A stretch of DNA of 64,000 nt from Octopus vulgaris (Eukaryota): the NCBI GenBank assembly GCA_951406725.2, contig OX597822.1, positions 28,644,001 to 28,708,000 on the forward strand. The letters are read 5' to 3'. Within the stretch, counting starts at the first letter, position 1. Each line of letters starts with the position of its first letter. Shown here piece after piece: positions 26,643 through 40,864 of the stretch. A program made the translations under genes and the position numbers. The notes under the pieces were generated by a model that did not search any database, was not told the origin of the DNA, and saw only the letters and a program-made list of their open reading frames with translations.

Positions 26643-27440
26643 TCAACGAGATGTCCAATAGATGAGACTGCGACCTCATGCTTTTTAGCTAATGAGAAGA
26701 ACACTTTCGAGTTGGCACCAGTTTTCAGGGTATGAGTAGACCAGTTAATACAGGGGAAATTGAGATTGCCCATCATTAAAATATTATCAGGTTGACATTG
26801 TTGAATGAAAGACTTGATGTTCGTGAGGCAGTCCTTTAAGCACAATAGCGGTGCATGAGCTGACCTGTAGAGCCCAATTATTTCTAAATCATTGTGATAC
26901 TGATTCACAATAACCCTTGGAAAATGTGACATTTCTTTCAGCATTAAATGAGTCTTGTAGGAAAATGACAACTCCTACCATTTTTCTACCTCGGATTGTG
27001 GTGAAATTCCTTACTTTTACTTTCAGCTTCCAAGTGGGAGTTGTTAAGGTAGCTTTTAGTAAGGAAGAAGAAGGGAACGTGGTGAGTGTGGTCGGTAACC
27101 CGATCCTCAATGGATTGCATGGAAGGGTGTGCTTATGCCTTGAACATTGAGACTGGAGTAGTGGCCTGGTCAGACATTTTTAGAGGTCTCGGTAGAAATT
27201 TATGGGTTAATGACAGTGACGAGGATAGGTTTTGCACTGAGGTAGCGGCAGAGGTTGATTCCGTGTGATAGCCATGATATTCTTCTGGATCTCTTTGGAT
27301 AACCTGGTTAAGGAGATCTCCGTGGCTGGAGTTGTGTCTACATTCACAGATATGTTGATTGATTCGGACCAGATGGAGGATATGTAAACGGAACACTTTT
27401 CCCCTTAAATTTCTTTTTTTACGGAATCCCACGTTTTAGG
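26640..27440 (-). mobile_element. CR1/L2-like LINE endonuclease fragment (paralog of 5185-6700, internally deleted)
   Basis: Near-identical to copy A, with a deletion at ~26700-26715. Confidence 0.85.
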
Positions 27441-27675
27441 CTATGGAGATTTCGATTCTAAAGAAAACTTTTAAAAAATCCGCAAATACAAAATTTCAAT
27501 TTCCACTCCTTCTCCATTTCTTCATTTTGCACTTTTTCCGGTAATATTTTTTTGGCCATGTACGAACAAAAATACGAAAATTATGAATCTGAAAAATAAA
27601 ACTGTTTGTAAATTTTGAAGCAGGCTATTTACATGCTAGAAATAACAGCCGAATCTCAGCATTTATAGAGAGAAG

Positions 27676-27728
27676 GTCTTGCAGCTGTTTCTAGGATATT
27701 AATTAATAATATCACCTCATCGGAGACG
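27676..27728 (-). ncRNA. Hammerhead ribozyme, likely inactivated (GUA to GCA)
   Basis: Paralog of 6947-6998; conserved U16.1 mutated. Confidence 0.6.
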
Positions 27729-28052
27729 GTGTGAGAGGAAACTTAAGTCATAGTTAGTTTAAAGAGTGAGGTGGAGGAAAGGAAATAGATGTAAGATATG
27801 TATGGGTATTGATGTTGTAAATCCGTTTTATAGGCATAATGGTATATATGCAATATTCTAATATCCTTTGAGTAAAATCCCAAAGTCCAACAGCGTTTAA
27901 TATGAGTCCTTCCAAATATAGAGTTTATAAGCAATGTAAGATTCCATTATGATTGAGATCCATCAGATTTTTAAACTTGGTCATTCCCAGTAGGAAATTT
28001 ATATACAGTGATGCAGAGTCAAAGATTTGTGATTTAACTTTGCTCTCACACC

Positions 28053-28104
28053 GTCTTCGATGAAGGGATATTATTAATTAATATCCCAGAAACAGCTGTA
28101 AGAC
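28053..28104 (+). ncRNA. Type I hammerhead ribozyme (C3U variant)
   Basis: GTCT-TCGATGA-AGGGATATT..AATATCCCA-GAAAC-AGCT-GTA-AGAC; paralog of 7314. Confidence 0.65.
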
Positions 28105-28316
28105 CTTCTAGCTATAAAGGCTCTAATATCTATACAGCCTTGGTTTTTATCTTATTACGCAAAAATTCTTATATACACACGCTTACATAGAACAAACGTT
28201 GAACTCTTTATTCGCAATATCACCGAATCTGGAACTTAACTATGGTCTGTCTATAGCACTTATTCAGCATTACCTGATACCTTTGGATTTCGATGATACC
28301 ATTATCTCTTATATAC

Positions 28317-28395
<79 letters not shown>

Positions 28396-29919
28396 TGTGT
28401 CTGTGTTTGTCTCCCCATCATCGCTAGACAACAGACGTTGGTGGGTTTATATCCCCGTAACTTAACGGTTCGGCAACAGAGACCAATAGAATAAATACTA
28501 GGCTTACAAAGACTAAGTCTTGAGGTCGATTTGTTCAAAATTTAGATTCAGATGAACATTGTACTTAAGTCAAAGGCACCAGAATTTTGTATGGTATTAT
28601 CCACATAAATCAAATGGGGTGATTATAATCAAAATAAGCAACATGTATATCCGAGGTAGAGTAGTACAATTTTTTCATGCTACTTCATTTTATTAAACAC
28701 TGTAAGTATTACATCAGTTTTAAAATGTCGAGCAATCTTCACCCACTTATAGAATTTTCCAGTAAAACGGACCATGCACATTCTTAGCCCTATTTCATTT
28801 GCCAACATTATAAAGAGGGTAGATATATAGACAGAGAGGTTGATTTCATTCTTGAGAATATGATAGCAGCAGATTCACTCTCTGACTGTAGATTTTATCA
28901 CTTTGTTATTTAGATCTGTCAGTGGGGAGATGGATTTTATTTTTGGTTTGATGGAGACAAAGAATTTTTCTATTTATAGATATAGGAAGGGGTAGTATAA
29001 ATGTCAAAACCATAAACCTGTTCCCATTTTGAGGAATTCAGTTTAGATACATTTGAATGTATTATAACAAGAAGCTGGTAGGGTGAAGTTAGAGGGGTAG
29101 AGGAACATAGGCTACTAGTGCTCTAGAGATTTTAATGTCCTTTACCATTTAACAACCAGATTCCATATTAAGAAATTTAAGTAAATATTCTTTAGATAAT
29201 TTTCTAAAGGATTTCTATAAATTTAGTATCTTGTATAGGGATAGAAAATATAGAAATCATTTCATATTTATATAAATATATCTATATATATCCATTTCTA
29301 TTAATATATAATCATAATTAGCTAGTAAATGGTGATTTTTTATTGAGTTGAATTAAAAGAAAATGTTATACATAATATTTACTAACTGTGGAAAGAAAAA
29401 CTGTATTAATTTAGCACATATATCAGGAGTCAATAAAATATATTAAAAACGTAATGAAAGGGAGGTAATCGTGATGAACGAAGTAATTTCTCTAGATATA
29501 TAGAATTTTTTACAGTTATTTCTTATTTATATATCTTCATTTCTATTGATATATAATCATAATTAGCTAGTAAATGGTGATTTGTTTTATTAATGAGTCG
29601 AATTGAAAGAATATGTTATACATAATATTTACTTACTGTGAAGAAAAACTTTATCAATTTGATAAATATATCAGGAGTCAATAAGATATATTAGAAAGTA
29701 ATGGAAGGGGGATAATCAAGATGAACCAAGTAATTTCCCTAGATATATAGAGTATGTTTCCATCCTATATAGGAGAGTATCGAAAAAATTCTAATATCAT
29801 TATATTCAGATTTATATATACAATGAAATTTCTTAGTAATCTATGCAGGTTAAATATAAGCTAGTATGGTATATTAATTATTTATCATCTAACAATGAAA
29901 TTTTTAATTCTCACTCAAA

Positions 29920-30500
29920 TCATCATAATGTTGCTTTATCTGGAACTGAATACGACCAGGAAATCACCTTCTTAGATCTTGATAATGTAGTTCTTTCAAA
30001 TGAATAAATGAATGAAAATAGCGGAAATAATATAGAATCTTCTATTTTAAAAAAATATAAATCAATTGAAACGAGTAACCTAGTATATAAACCTGATACA
30101 ATAATTAGAAATGGTAAACAGATCATAAAAAGTTTAAGCTAGATAAAATAAATATAAATAGGAATTAAAAAATCTCTCCAACAGAGAAAAAAACCTAATA
30201 AACATAAATATAAGACTAAAGAGAATAACGAATCTCTGAAGGATATAGATAACATTAATCTTCCCAACCTTACTCAAATAAAAAAATTCAAAAGAAAAAA
30301 TGTTGTATGGTTAAATATCCCCTTCAACTGTACGATTTCTACGAACATATACGGCAAATTTAAGTCTATACTAGAAAAAAACTTCCCTACTTCCCATAAA
30401 TATTATAGAATAATTTCTAATAGATCAGTAAGAATATCATACTCTACTCTTCCAAATATGGGTACCATAAGAGCTAGACTAAATAGAAAAAATATCAAGT
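29920..30500 (+). mobile_element. Penelope-like RT/linker remnant (paralog of 8850-9435)
   Basis: Same decayed motifs as copy A. Confidence 0.6.
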
Positions 30501-30545
30501 TAGCTAGAAATGGAATAAATAGTAACAACAAGAACAAGAATAATG

Positions 30546-30614
<69 letters not shown>

Positions 30615-31851
30615 TTAATATTAGCAATAATAATGATAATATCAATGATATTAAAATGTGGAATGTTACGAAATTGGGAAAAGATTAATAACAAACAACC
30701 CTAACTTATATAACAATATAATTATAGATAAGGGAAATAACACTAATGCGAATAACAGCTCAAGTAATGAAATTGAAAACAGCTTGTTCCTAAATAATAT
30801 TAATACATAGAATCATAAAAGTTAGTATGGTATATAAATTTTTTATTTGGTTTCAAATTATTAAGATTTCAAAATATAGATATGGTCAGAATGTTATTAT
30901 TTAAAATTCTTAAACGTACGGGTAGCACAAAGTATACAAGATTCCCCTAGTTTGGAACGGTTATTCAATAAGTTTGTATTATTCCTATGTTTAAATCAGC
31001 CGAAACGTTGTGGTAACAACAAACAAGATGACACATATCCGTCCAGTGTAAATAATGTAAACACAAGTTTTCTTCCTTTCTTAAACTGCCTGGAACCCTA
31101 TTTTGTATATTTTCGATCCAAAAATGCACATCGGCTTCTCTCGATTAAACTTTCTCAAGAAGATTACCAAAGCTTCTAGACCAAACTACATATTCACAAT
31201 TTTAGCAGATGTTTTTTCATTATTTTTTGTTTACGTATGAATAAAATACTGGGAATTCAAACGTACATCATATTTCAAAATATAATCACAAATTCTCATA
31301 ACAATCAATCTGTTTTAAAATGCTTTAAAACTGATTCATCTTTTGTTGTTTATTCTTCCACTACCGTTTTCAAATCTTAGATCACAGGCAGATGTTATCG
31401 AAAATCGAACGGATTTTCACAAAAGTCCATCCATTGAAGATTTATTTGATAAACCTTATTACATGTTGATATTAAATTACCCGTTAAGGCAATGGGATGG
31501 CAGAACCATTAGCACACAAGGCAAAAGACATCGCAGCATTTCATCTCCTCGAAAATTGCTACCTTTTTGCCAAAACTTGGAATCAATATTACTGTATTGG
31601 TTCTTTCACATTTCCTTTCACTTAGCTATCGATTGCTCCCAATATCAACCATTATGCATTTGCATTTGACTCTCTTCTTCTATGTGTATACCAATGACCG
31701 TATGTACGATCATAAATGCATGAAAAATACATATATGTGTGTGTATGTGTGTGTGCGTGTATTCGTAAAACTTTATGCATACATGTACATACATATTCAA
31801 TTATACTCCTAAACATCTATACCTACACACACAAACACACACATACACACA

Positions 31852-31885
<34 letters not shown>

Positions 31886-32534
31886 AGCACATACATACAT
31901 ACATACATACATACATACAAAGATACATGGCAAGCATGAAGTCTATACACAGAGAAAACATGACTTACTCATTAATATCGCTAATAATGACTGTGTAGAG
32001 TGGGTTTCGTCGCTCATCAGATATTAGTTCGTTTCACGTCTTTTTCTGACGTATGATGGAGAAGGTGTACTCAGTGAAAATCACAGATGAAAACCATGTT
32101 GAAAATGTTATTCTTTCATGAAGTTCAATCATATTATTGAATAATATTATTTTCGCTCATGTACGTAGACTTAACGTTCACACTTTACATGCATAGATGA
32201 ATAAATAAATAAATAAATTTCTGATTGAACAAACAAGAGAAACATAATTCAGTATATGAATATATCATCTTTTTTATTTTTAATCGCAAGAATGTTACAA
32301 AAGTTACTCAAAGGCCTAGAGCTTCGTAGGCGGCACATAAAACACTGACTTCAAATCAGAGGACTAATTACATAAAAAGAGAATATTTCGTGAAGCCTAA
32401 TATTGGTAGGTCACGTGGATATAATGTAATTGTTACAATAATACTCATTAGCATTAACCCTATGCTTGCTAAAAGAAGAATATCATCTGCTCCGTCTATG
32501 GTATTACGTATCACTCTATGGGTACTCTTTTACT

Positions 32535-32940
32535 CTTTTACTCTTTTACTTGTTTCAGCCATTTGGCTGCGGCCATGCTGGAGCACCGCCTTTAATCGAG
32601 CAACTCGACCCCGGGACTTATCCTTTGTAAGCTCAGTACTTATTCTATCGGTATCTTTTGCCAAACCGTTAAGTGACAGGGACATAAACACAACAGCATC
32701 GGTTGCCAATCAATGCTAGGGGGACAAACAAAGACACAGAAACATACACGCACACATATATACATATAAACATATATACGACGGGCTTCTTTCAGTTTCC
32801 GTCTACCAAATCCACTCACAAGGCTTTGGTCGGCCCGAAGCAATAGTAGAAAACACTTGCCCAAGGTGCCACGCAGTGGGACTAAACCCGTAACTATGTG
32901 GTTGGTAAGCAAACTACTTACCACACAGCCACTCCTGCGC
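32535..32940 (-). mobile_element. CORE-type SINE family B
   Basis: Paralog of 11490-11880, ends ACACAGCCACTCCTGCGCC. Confidence 0.88.
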
Positions 32941-35559
32941 CGGTTATAAAGGTTTCGATATAAATTAAATTCGCTGTGCTATTGGATTCCTTACTCGCTT
33001 CCTTTAATTAATGAGTTTCGCCTCAGTTACTTCCCTTACATTAGCTTCCGTAAATTCACTATTGTTTTTCACTATTACCTCTAACCAAACACAAAACAGA
33101 TCTTCATTATTTCTTTAGAATCATTCATATTATGTCGTACCTTATCTGCTTAGTTATCATTTTACCAGTCGTATTATTATTATTATTATTATTATTATTT
33201 ATATTAGTTCTATTATATGTGGTTATTAGGCTCCAACTAGTGAATACACTAATTTTTTTTAAACTTGTGTGCTGCAATAATTTGGGCTAAACAAATATTC
33301 TGCCAATTAGGCTTTAAAAAAAGTAAATTATACGGCTTTAAGTGAGCTCACTTGGACTTTAAATGATATGGGCACTAAACATACCGTTGGGTATTCGAAA
33401 TGTCATCTCTGCTTGGAAGAATCATTCCATATCCTTACTTGTACTTTCAGATTATTTAATCCCAGAAATAAATTAGCAGTAAAATGCGCACATTTATTTA
33501 GAAAAGTTTTCATTATTTCCAAATAAGATTCCTTATTTACAAATCACGTAGATGAAAGTACACATAAGTTAACCCAGTTAGCTTATATTTCAAATTTACT
33601 TACGATTTATTAAATTTTCACTAATCCTAACTATTATATATTTTTTGGAAGGGGAGAAATAATATAAAATATGATTATAATGAATATTTACTTCACACAA
33701 CATATATTGATTAAGCTTATGTTAAAATCTCAGATAGTTTAGCAAAATCTTTTGTAATTCATAGAGCAGTAACTGAAACGGTATTGATTAATTGCTTTGA
33801 TTTCATAATAATATTAGCGCAAAGGTTTTGTAATTTAGATAATTATAAAAAAAGGGACATTTTTTCCTTCATGCAAATTCATATATATTAGTTACATAAA
33901 TGGAATAAATATGGCTTCAAATGAAGATTGGAACAGCAAGGCTAACTGGAAATATACAACCCGAGCCGAGCCATCAGAATTTATATTGACTGGACTCGAT
34001 TCAGAGAACGGATAAGGCAAGAAATGTTACGCTTTCCCAACAACATTAGCAATATCAGTTCACGTTTACACAGAAACCTGCAGTAATGTTACTTAAAATC
34101 TACTGATAACGTTTATTGCGAAGCTCAAGCTATATCGGTAAATTTCGTTGAAGATAACTTTCAAATTTCGTTCAGCATTTGAAATAGCAGCAAGCAAGCT
34201 ATGTTAATAGAAAGAATGACTATAACAGAGAGGCTTTTCAGTCTTCATAAACGTATAGAGGAACATGGGTATTCAACACGTAATAAAAAAAGAAATTTTG
34301 TATTTATGAAGTGCTTTTTATTATATTCTCTTTATATAATTTAATATTACAGACATAGAGTACGTAAGTTAAAATGCTCATCATTAGTGACAGGATATTA
34401 TGATTCATTTAATCCCGTTGTTTTACTATGTATTAGACAATAAGAATAACGGTTGAGGAGTCGACATCGTCTGATTATTATATGGTATATATTTTGTGGT
34501 TTGGATAAAATTTAATGTCATTTATTTAACACATTTATATGGAAGTAATACCACTATTAGAAATAGCGTTTACTATAAACTGATTTTGCTCAAGGCGAAA
34601 CAATTATTTTCTTATGCAACAAGACCAAAACTTTTGTTGAAATAAAACTGACGAAATGTTGTCAGCATTCTTTTTAACAACAGCAGATCTCTCCGTAGAT
34701 ATGCTATGGACAGGAAGGTAAATGCACAGCAACATCTTGTTTGCTGGACAAATAAGAGCTTATCAGCAGGGAAATAGTTGGATAATCAAAAGCGATAAAT
34801 AATCATAATTAATAGAGTTGGGATGCAAATGTGATACACGAATAATAGTCTCTTATCACACATAACTCTACAAATCCCGTCACATGTGACGCAATAAATG
34901 TTTTCCAAAGCGTTTTCCAAAAGGCTTTTTATTTCATAATTACTCAATATGTGTGTACATTTGTGGGGATGAAGTGATTATATAAGATAGGAAGAGAATG
35001 AGATTATATAAGTTAGGAAACTTAATTCCATAACAATTGCTAGATTAGCAAATTTTGCATGATTCTTTCAAATCGTTTGACCGAAATAAGAGACAATTCG
35101 CATATTCATAAAATGTTAGGTCAACAAAAAATAAATGAGCGCCTCATGTAAAGAATACAATAAAATTACAAACTATATGAGTTTGCAGCAAAAAGTGAGT
35201 CCATTCAACAGTTGACGTGAACAAGAAAATTTTTATATATTTAAGAACAGGAGAACTGGTCTGAGAGAAATAGACATGATTTTTACACTTGTAAGATGTT
35301 TATCTTATATGAATTTCAATAGATTCCAGAAAACATGACTTTTCTTTTGTTTTTTTCGAATCGGCATCTGAGGATTTTCCGTTCAAACTGATGTTAATTG
35401 TTGTCATGGTAACTTCAGCTGATTCACAATCACGAAGATCTATGGTGAAAGGCATTCCAGTTACGACCAACCTGTCGTATATTCAAATTTAATATATAAT
35501 TTATTATCCATCACTTTCATCTTCTTTCCACTGACGGTATTGAGTAACCACACTTATTA

Positions 35560-37020
35560 AATTCATACAAATTTTGTGTAACAACAAAACTGCAGAGTCA
35601 ATTAACAGACCCTTTGGTAGGTATATCCGTTGTGTTGTTTTACGAGAAGAAGTTACATCAACAGATTTTTTGAGGGCAGTTTTATAATTATTTGAAAATT
35701 CTGGAGAATACTGCGACGGACAGTCTTTGTAGATAGAAATGATACACAAATAAATAATCCAACGAATGAGTTTAAAATACAAAATAATAGAGAAAATTCT
35801 TCAATGCTTGTAAACGTAAACAGAAATGCGAATGTCCACGTTAATCTCATGATAAAGAATAGTTTTACACAAATGATGAACTCCATTTCATTATGTTTTC
35901 GTAAATATTTCGAAGAAAGTTTACGTGCCAAATAGAGCCCTCTAGCGGTGAGGGTAAATGCTACGAAATTAAGACATAAAATAATCATTCCGGGGATTGC
36001 AAAAAAATCATAGTAGACCTTTTCCATTTGTAATCCAGCAAATACTATTTCCATATTCTGGATAAAGTCCGTGATTTCCAGGAATATACTCAAATATCAG
36101 TGATACTGTTACTAATACAAGTGGACAGATCCAAGCATACAAGGAATACAATACAAATCTCTTGGTATGTTTTCCTTTACTTCGAATTTGTGTGAGTCCT
36201 GAGAAAGTGTACCAGGCATCAAATGACATGACATTCTTCCAAGAAGAAAGTCGCTAGAAACGAATAATGCATTACTACAGCTAAAGATTTTCACATCACT
36301 AGAGATGTAGTGATTTGTGATGAGATGAGAAAGAGAAGCTCAGCTGCAAACAGTGCTGACAAAAGACTAATGAGTAATTTACCTGGTAAGGTACGGAGAT
36401 CAGGTATACAGAGATAGACTATAATGGTGATTGCTAGAGCCGGAATAGAAATTACGAGTCCCACTAATGTGATATAGATCTCAGCCACGGAAAATTTTTA
36501 TATATCATTGATATTTGATATATTATTTGTACCATTGTTTACACAAATACTTATTATACCTTAAGAATCACGAATGAATTCTGATTGGTTCAGCAAACGT
36601 TGGGTATTATTTAAGTAGAGAAGACCATCATTAGTGACGTAATACTCAGATTCATTCAATTTTGTTGTCATACATTTTAGCGGCGGATGGTAGATAAATC
36701 GTAGATAGCGTATTTTGGACAGGAGGGCGACTGTACATGTCTATTTTCCGTTTTGTTTAATTTATTTGTTACCTTTACAGTATTGGTATGATAATCAAAA
36801 AGTTTTGTTTGGGGAAAAAGTTCTACTCTGCCAACTATTTCAAGATAATTCACTTTATAAATACCACTGGAAATCTCGTTGCATGTAGCACAACCTTTGT
36901 TTTTGTAAACTTTATGATATTTATGTTTACCATCTACATAGTATGGTTCCGTCTCTACATATATCAATGCCATTGGCTCAGACTCACATGCCATTATTTG
37001 TTCCTTATTATTGTTATCAC
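35560..37020 (-). pseudogene. Methuselah-like GPCR pseudogene (paralog of 19391-21405)
   Basis: Same TM motifs in fragments; TGG>TGA at ~36008, CAA>TAA at ~36561, frameshifts, ~23-nt deletion at ~36695; 5' end replaced by SINE/Gypsy sequence beyond 37020. Confidence 0.9.
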
Positions 37021-37023
37021 AAT

Positions 37024-37230
37024 CCCCTTGTGGGTAGTAAAGAAATAGGTATTTCGTCTGTCGCTACGTTCTGAGTTCAAATTCCGTCGAGGTCGACTTT
37101 GCCTTTCATCCTTTCGGGGTCGATTAAATAAGTACCAGTTTCGCACTGGGGTCGATATAATCAACTTAATCCGCTTGTCTGTCCTTGTTTGTCTCCTCTG
37201 TATGTAGCCCCTTGCGAGCAGTAAAGAAAT
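37024..37230 (+). mobile_element. SINE family A (partial tandem)
   Basis: GTTCAAATTCC..GTCGACTTTGCCTTTCATCCTTTCGGGGTCG; tail AGCCCCTTG..AGTAAAGAAATA. Confidence 0.85.
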
Positions 37231-37269
37231 AACAAAGAAATAAGAAAAGTAAACAAGGACCTCATAAAC

Positions 37270-37600
37270 GAAGTCACTCTTCAAAAATTTTTAAGAGTGC
37301 ACAGGGTGATACCGAACCCGAATACACCAGCAGGAAGTTCACCAGCAGAACTGATATTCGCGAGGAAGGTGAAATCAGTACTTGATAAACTGCTACCTGG
37401 CGAGGAAAGAAGCAGTGCCAGAAAGGACATATCAAATTTTTTGGTGATAAGGTTGTACATGAGATTGTATAAAAACGGAAAACAGTACTGAGAAGAAGGC
37501 GAAATTACAAAGTACATAGGAAAAATGATGTATGGGATAAAAAGCAAAAACGTTATTGAAAAAGACACAGTAACCAATTAAAGAAGAGATTCATAGAAAA
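37270..37600 (+). mobile_element. Gypsy/Ty3 LTR-retrotransposon integrase C-terminal fragment
   Basis: HRVIPNPNTPAGSSPAELIFARKVKSVLDKLLP resembles the YR.TP...TG.SPAEL.FGR..R..LD.L.P motif. Confidence 0.75.
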
Positions 37601-37799
37601 TGAACCAAACAGATTAGAGCTACCTATGGCATGGCTGTATGGCACATTCCAAGTACTAACACCGTTACATAATACATACACTCGTCCCAAAAAAATATGG
37701 AAGGTATCAGCCCAGTTTATGTTCAGTAGCTGCATTCAAACAGGCGAGAAAGATATGCAGTAATATACATCGGGAAAATCCTAGAAAAATTTGTACAAG

Positions 37800-38160
37800 A
37801 CTTTGGCATTGTCAGTTACATAAACAATAGGACTGGCGTCACTGCATTGTAGCAAGAATCCTATCATTGCCATCTAGATACAGAACCAGATACTGCAACA
37901 TCTTTAACTTCAGGGCCCACAGTTCTTCAATATCCTCGTACAAAGCCTGAGAAATCTACATGGCATCGATGTAGGCTTCTTTAAAACAAAACTGGATCTC
38001 CTGTCAAGAGTTCCGGATGAACCTACCTCAAGGCAAGAAACACAGATGAGGGTAGCAACATCAAACTCACTCATCCACCAACTGTCACACAACAGAGGAT
38101 GCTTAGTGAAAGTGTAGCAAGGTAAATGGCGGTACCGCCAGAATATCCACAGTCCTTGGA
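37800..38160 (+). mobile_element. CR1/L2-like LINE 3' end
   Basis: GPQFFNIL..SLRNL....FFKTKLD and [10 protein letters not shown]; homologous to 59355-59540. Confidence 0.7.
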
Positions 38161-38190
38161 CTGTATATTATATATATTATATATTATATG

Positions 38191-38697
38191 TGGAGAAAGG
38201 TGGCTTAGTGGTTAGAGTGTTGAACTCTTGATCGTAAGGTTGTGGCTTCGATTCCTGGCCCGGGCGATGCGTTGTGTTCTTGAGCAAAACACTTCATTTC
38301 ACGTTGCTGCCAGTCCACTCAGCTGGCAAAAATGAGTAAACCTGCGATGGACTGGCGTCCCGTCCGTATGGGGAATTTCTACGCCACTGAAAACGGGAAA
38401 CCGACCCTTATGAGCCTGGCATGGCTCGAGAAAGAACATTTATTATTTGTGGATGCGCGTGGCTTAATGGTTAGGGTGTCAGCAATATGATCGTAAGATC
38501 GTGGTTTAGATTCCTGGGCCGGGGGACGCGTTGTCTTCTTGAGCAAAACACTTCATTTCACGTTGCTCCAGTCCACTCAGCTGACAAAAAGGATTACCGC
38601 TGCGATGGACTGGCGTCCCGTCCAGCTGGGGAACACATACTCCATTGAAACCGGGAAACCGGGTCCATGAGCCCGGCTAGGCTTTAAAATGGCGCAA
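38191..38697 (+). mobile_element. Two tandem tRNA-derived SINEs, family C (tRNA head + CORE-like + CTGCGATGGACTGGCGTCCCGTCC tail)
   Basis: Copies at ~38191-38440 and ~38450-38697; box A TGGCTTAGTGG, box B-like TTCGATTCC, CTTGAGCAAAACACTT. Confidence 0.8.
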
Positions 38698-38869
38698 GAT
38701 ATACTATATATTATAAAATAAATATAAGAGAGTGGTCACTATATGGCTCACTCTAGCACCAGTTAATCCAAAAGGTTTCAACCACAAAAATACATGTTTC
38801 CCATGAAAGTCAGTACGATTGTTAGCTCACACGGACAGGGCAAATAAAAAATAACAAAAATACAGATTA

Positions 38870-38951
38870 TTTTGGGACAATTGTTTCGCTATTAATGATT
38901 TAAATGTAATTTTACTTACAAAAAAATCCACTTGTAGCTCGTCAGCCAAAA
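38870..38951 (-). ncRNA. Type I hammerhead ribozyme with large loop II
   Basis: Minus strand TTTTGG-CTGACGA-GCTA-(43 nt)-TAGC-GAAAC-AATT-GTC-CCAAAA; 6-bp stem I. Confidence 0.88.
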
Positions 38952-39291
38952 CTATCTGGATGAAATCCACTCAATCACACGCCAGATTTTACCATAACGA
39001 TAAATACGCGTGTGGTTCAATTGATTACATCCGACGTTATAATTCAAATGCCCCAACTAACAGCGCGCCAAACTTTCACGGAAAACAAATACTGCATTTA
39101 GAAATAAATGCAGCATAATTATAATTAATTAATAAGGGTGAGAGAATTAGATACTAATTTAATAGTATATCTATTCAACACCAAGTGGCCTAGTGCTCCG
39201 ATAAACCTGGATTATTATAATATTTTATAATATATTATAATATACATTATACATTATATATGTGTATCATATATATAATATATATATATAC

Positions 39292-39340
<49 letters not shown>

Positions 39341-40284
39341 CATTCATATATATGTATGTGTATACACCAACTTTCCCTTAGTTTTCGTTCGCCGAATCTG
39401 TTTGCAATCCACTTGTATGCTCAAGGTTATATTAGAAGACACTCAAAATGCGACGCAATGGTACTATGTGGTAGAGAAAGAAACTTCTCATCACTCAACC
39501 ATGCGCATCTATTTATGTATTCGTATGTGTGTTCAACGTTTAGCGTTGTTGATGCAACAGGATTCACATTACGAATCGTTGTCCAGAAATGGAATAAACG
39601 TTTCAAAACAACACAAATACAACGATTTAACAACGATATTAGGTACTACAAGCTGTCAGCTTTACCCACTTGTTTCTCGTAACTTCTTTTATGCGGGACC
39701 GTGAGAAGCACATGGTGTAGTCAAATAAAATCAACAATAGATTTCAAAACGAAAAAGAATGCAAGTACCTTGTGCAAATAAAACTTTCATTGGAGAATTT
39801 TGCAATAGGAAAAGCTCCTATTGAACACATTACTTTCTAAACAGACATCGATAAACAATACAGAAATTCTAAGTATATAATGAGACGTACCTGCAACTAT
39901 GAAGAATATAAACTTCGAACACACTTGGTTGTCTAATACCATGAAATAGCAAAGCTGCCAAGAAATGATAAAACTACTACAGTACTGAATTATAGATATA
40001 GCCTAGAAATGATTGGTCAATGAATATGACAATACTAATTTTTATGCTTTTAAAACAATACTTGGTAGAATGACAAAAGTTTACATATTTATAATTAGAA
40101 GTGTAGTATAATAAAGGTGGTTGCAAAATGCGACAAAACGCAATCATGGTTGTGTGATTCAGAGCTCACTTTCCAACCATGTTGTTTTGTGTACAACCCA
40201 CTGGCGGCATCTTAGGCACACGCCCTGTGAATAAATTTGATAATGTTTGAAATCCTGTTGTATATATAATTATATATATACATA

Positions 40285-40345
<61 letters not shown>

Positions 40346-40369
40346 ATATATGTTTTTTTCGTAAACTCT

Positions 40370-40430
<61 letters not shown>

Positions 40431-40435
40431 TATAT

Positions 40436-40712
40436 AAATTAGAGATAAAACCACTATTATGCAACTCAAACAGTGATAGACATAAACCAAAACATAAATA
40501 ACAAATAGAATATATTTTTATAAAACATATAACTAAATCTCAACAAGTATAAAATGAATAATCAATATATAAGTAAAAAAAAAACTACGTACGTTTCATA
40601 GCTACAGTTACATTCGAATTACAATTAAATTTAAATTTAATTGAAATAAATTCAATTTAAAATTATAGTCAATCACTGTTTGAGTTGCATAATAGTGGTT
40701 TTATCTCTAATC
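40436..40712. mobile_element. PLE-like fold-back with truncated hammerhead
   Basis: 40436-40477 inverted at 40672-40712; minus-strand GAAAC-GTAC-GTA at ~40586-40597 with no CUGANGA. Confidence 0.5.
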
Positions 40713-40791
40713 TATATTTTATATATTTATATTTTGATATTTGATTTAATACTAAATTGATTTTTCCCTGTAATTTTGGAGTTATATTCCC

Positions 40792-40861
<70 letters not shown>

Positions 40862-40864
<3 letters not shown>

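Larger units (their letters stand above)
24912..37020. repeat. Segmental duplication copy B
   Basis: Collinear with 2633-20850 but lacks the Dong LINE and other copy-specific insertions. Confidence 0.9.

Noticed and set aside
28708-28745. Possible minus-strand hammerhead remnant
   Set aside because: Both core boxes are mutated (GTGAAGA, AAAAC); cannot be supported
38191-38270. Possible tRNA genes (also 22755, 1249)
   Set aside because: No complete cloverleaf; they continue into SINE bodies
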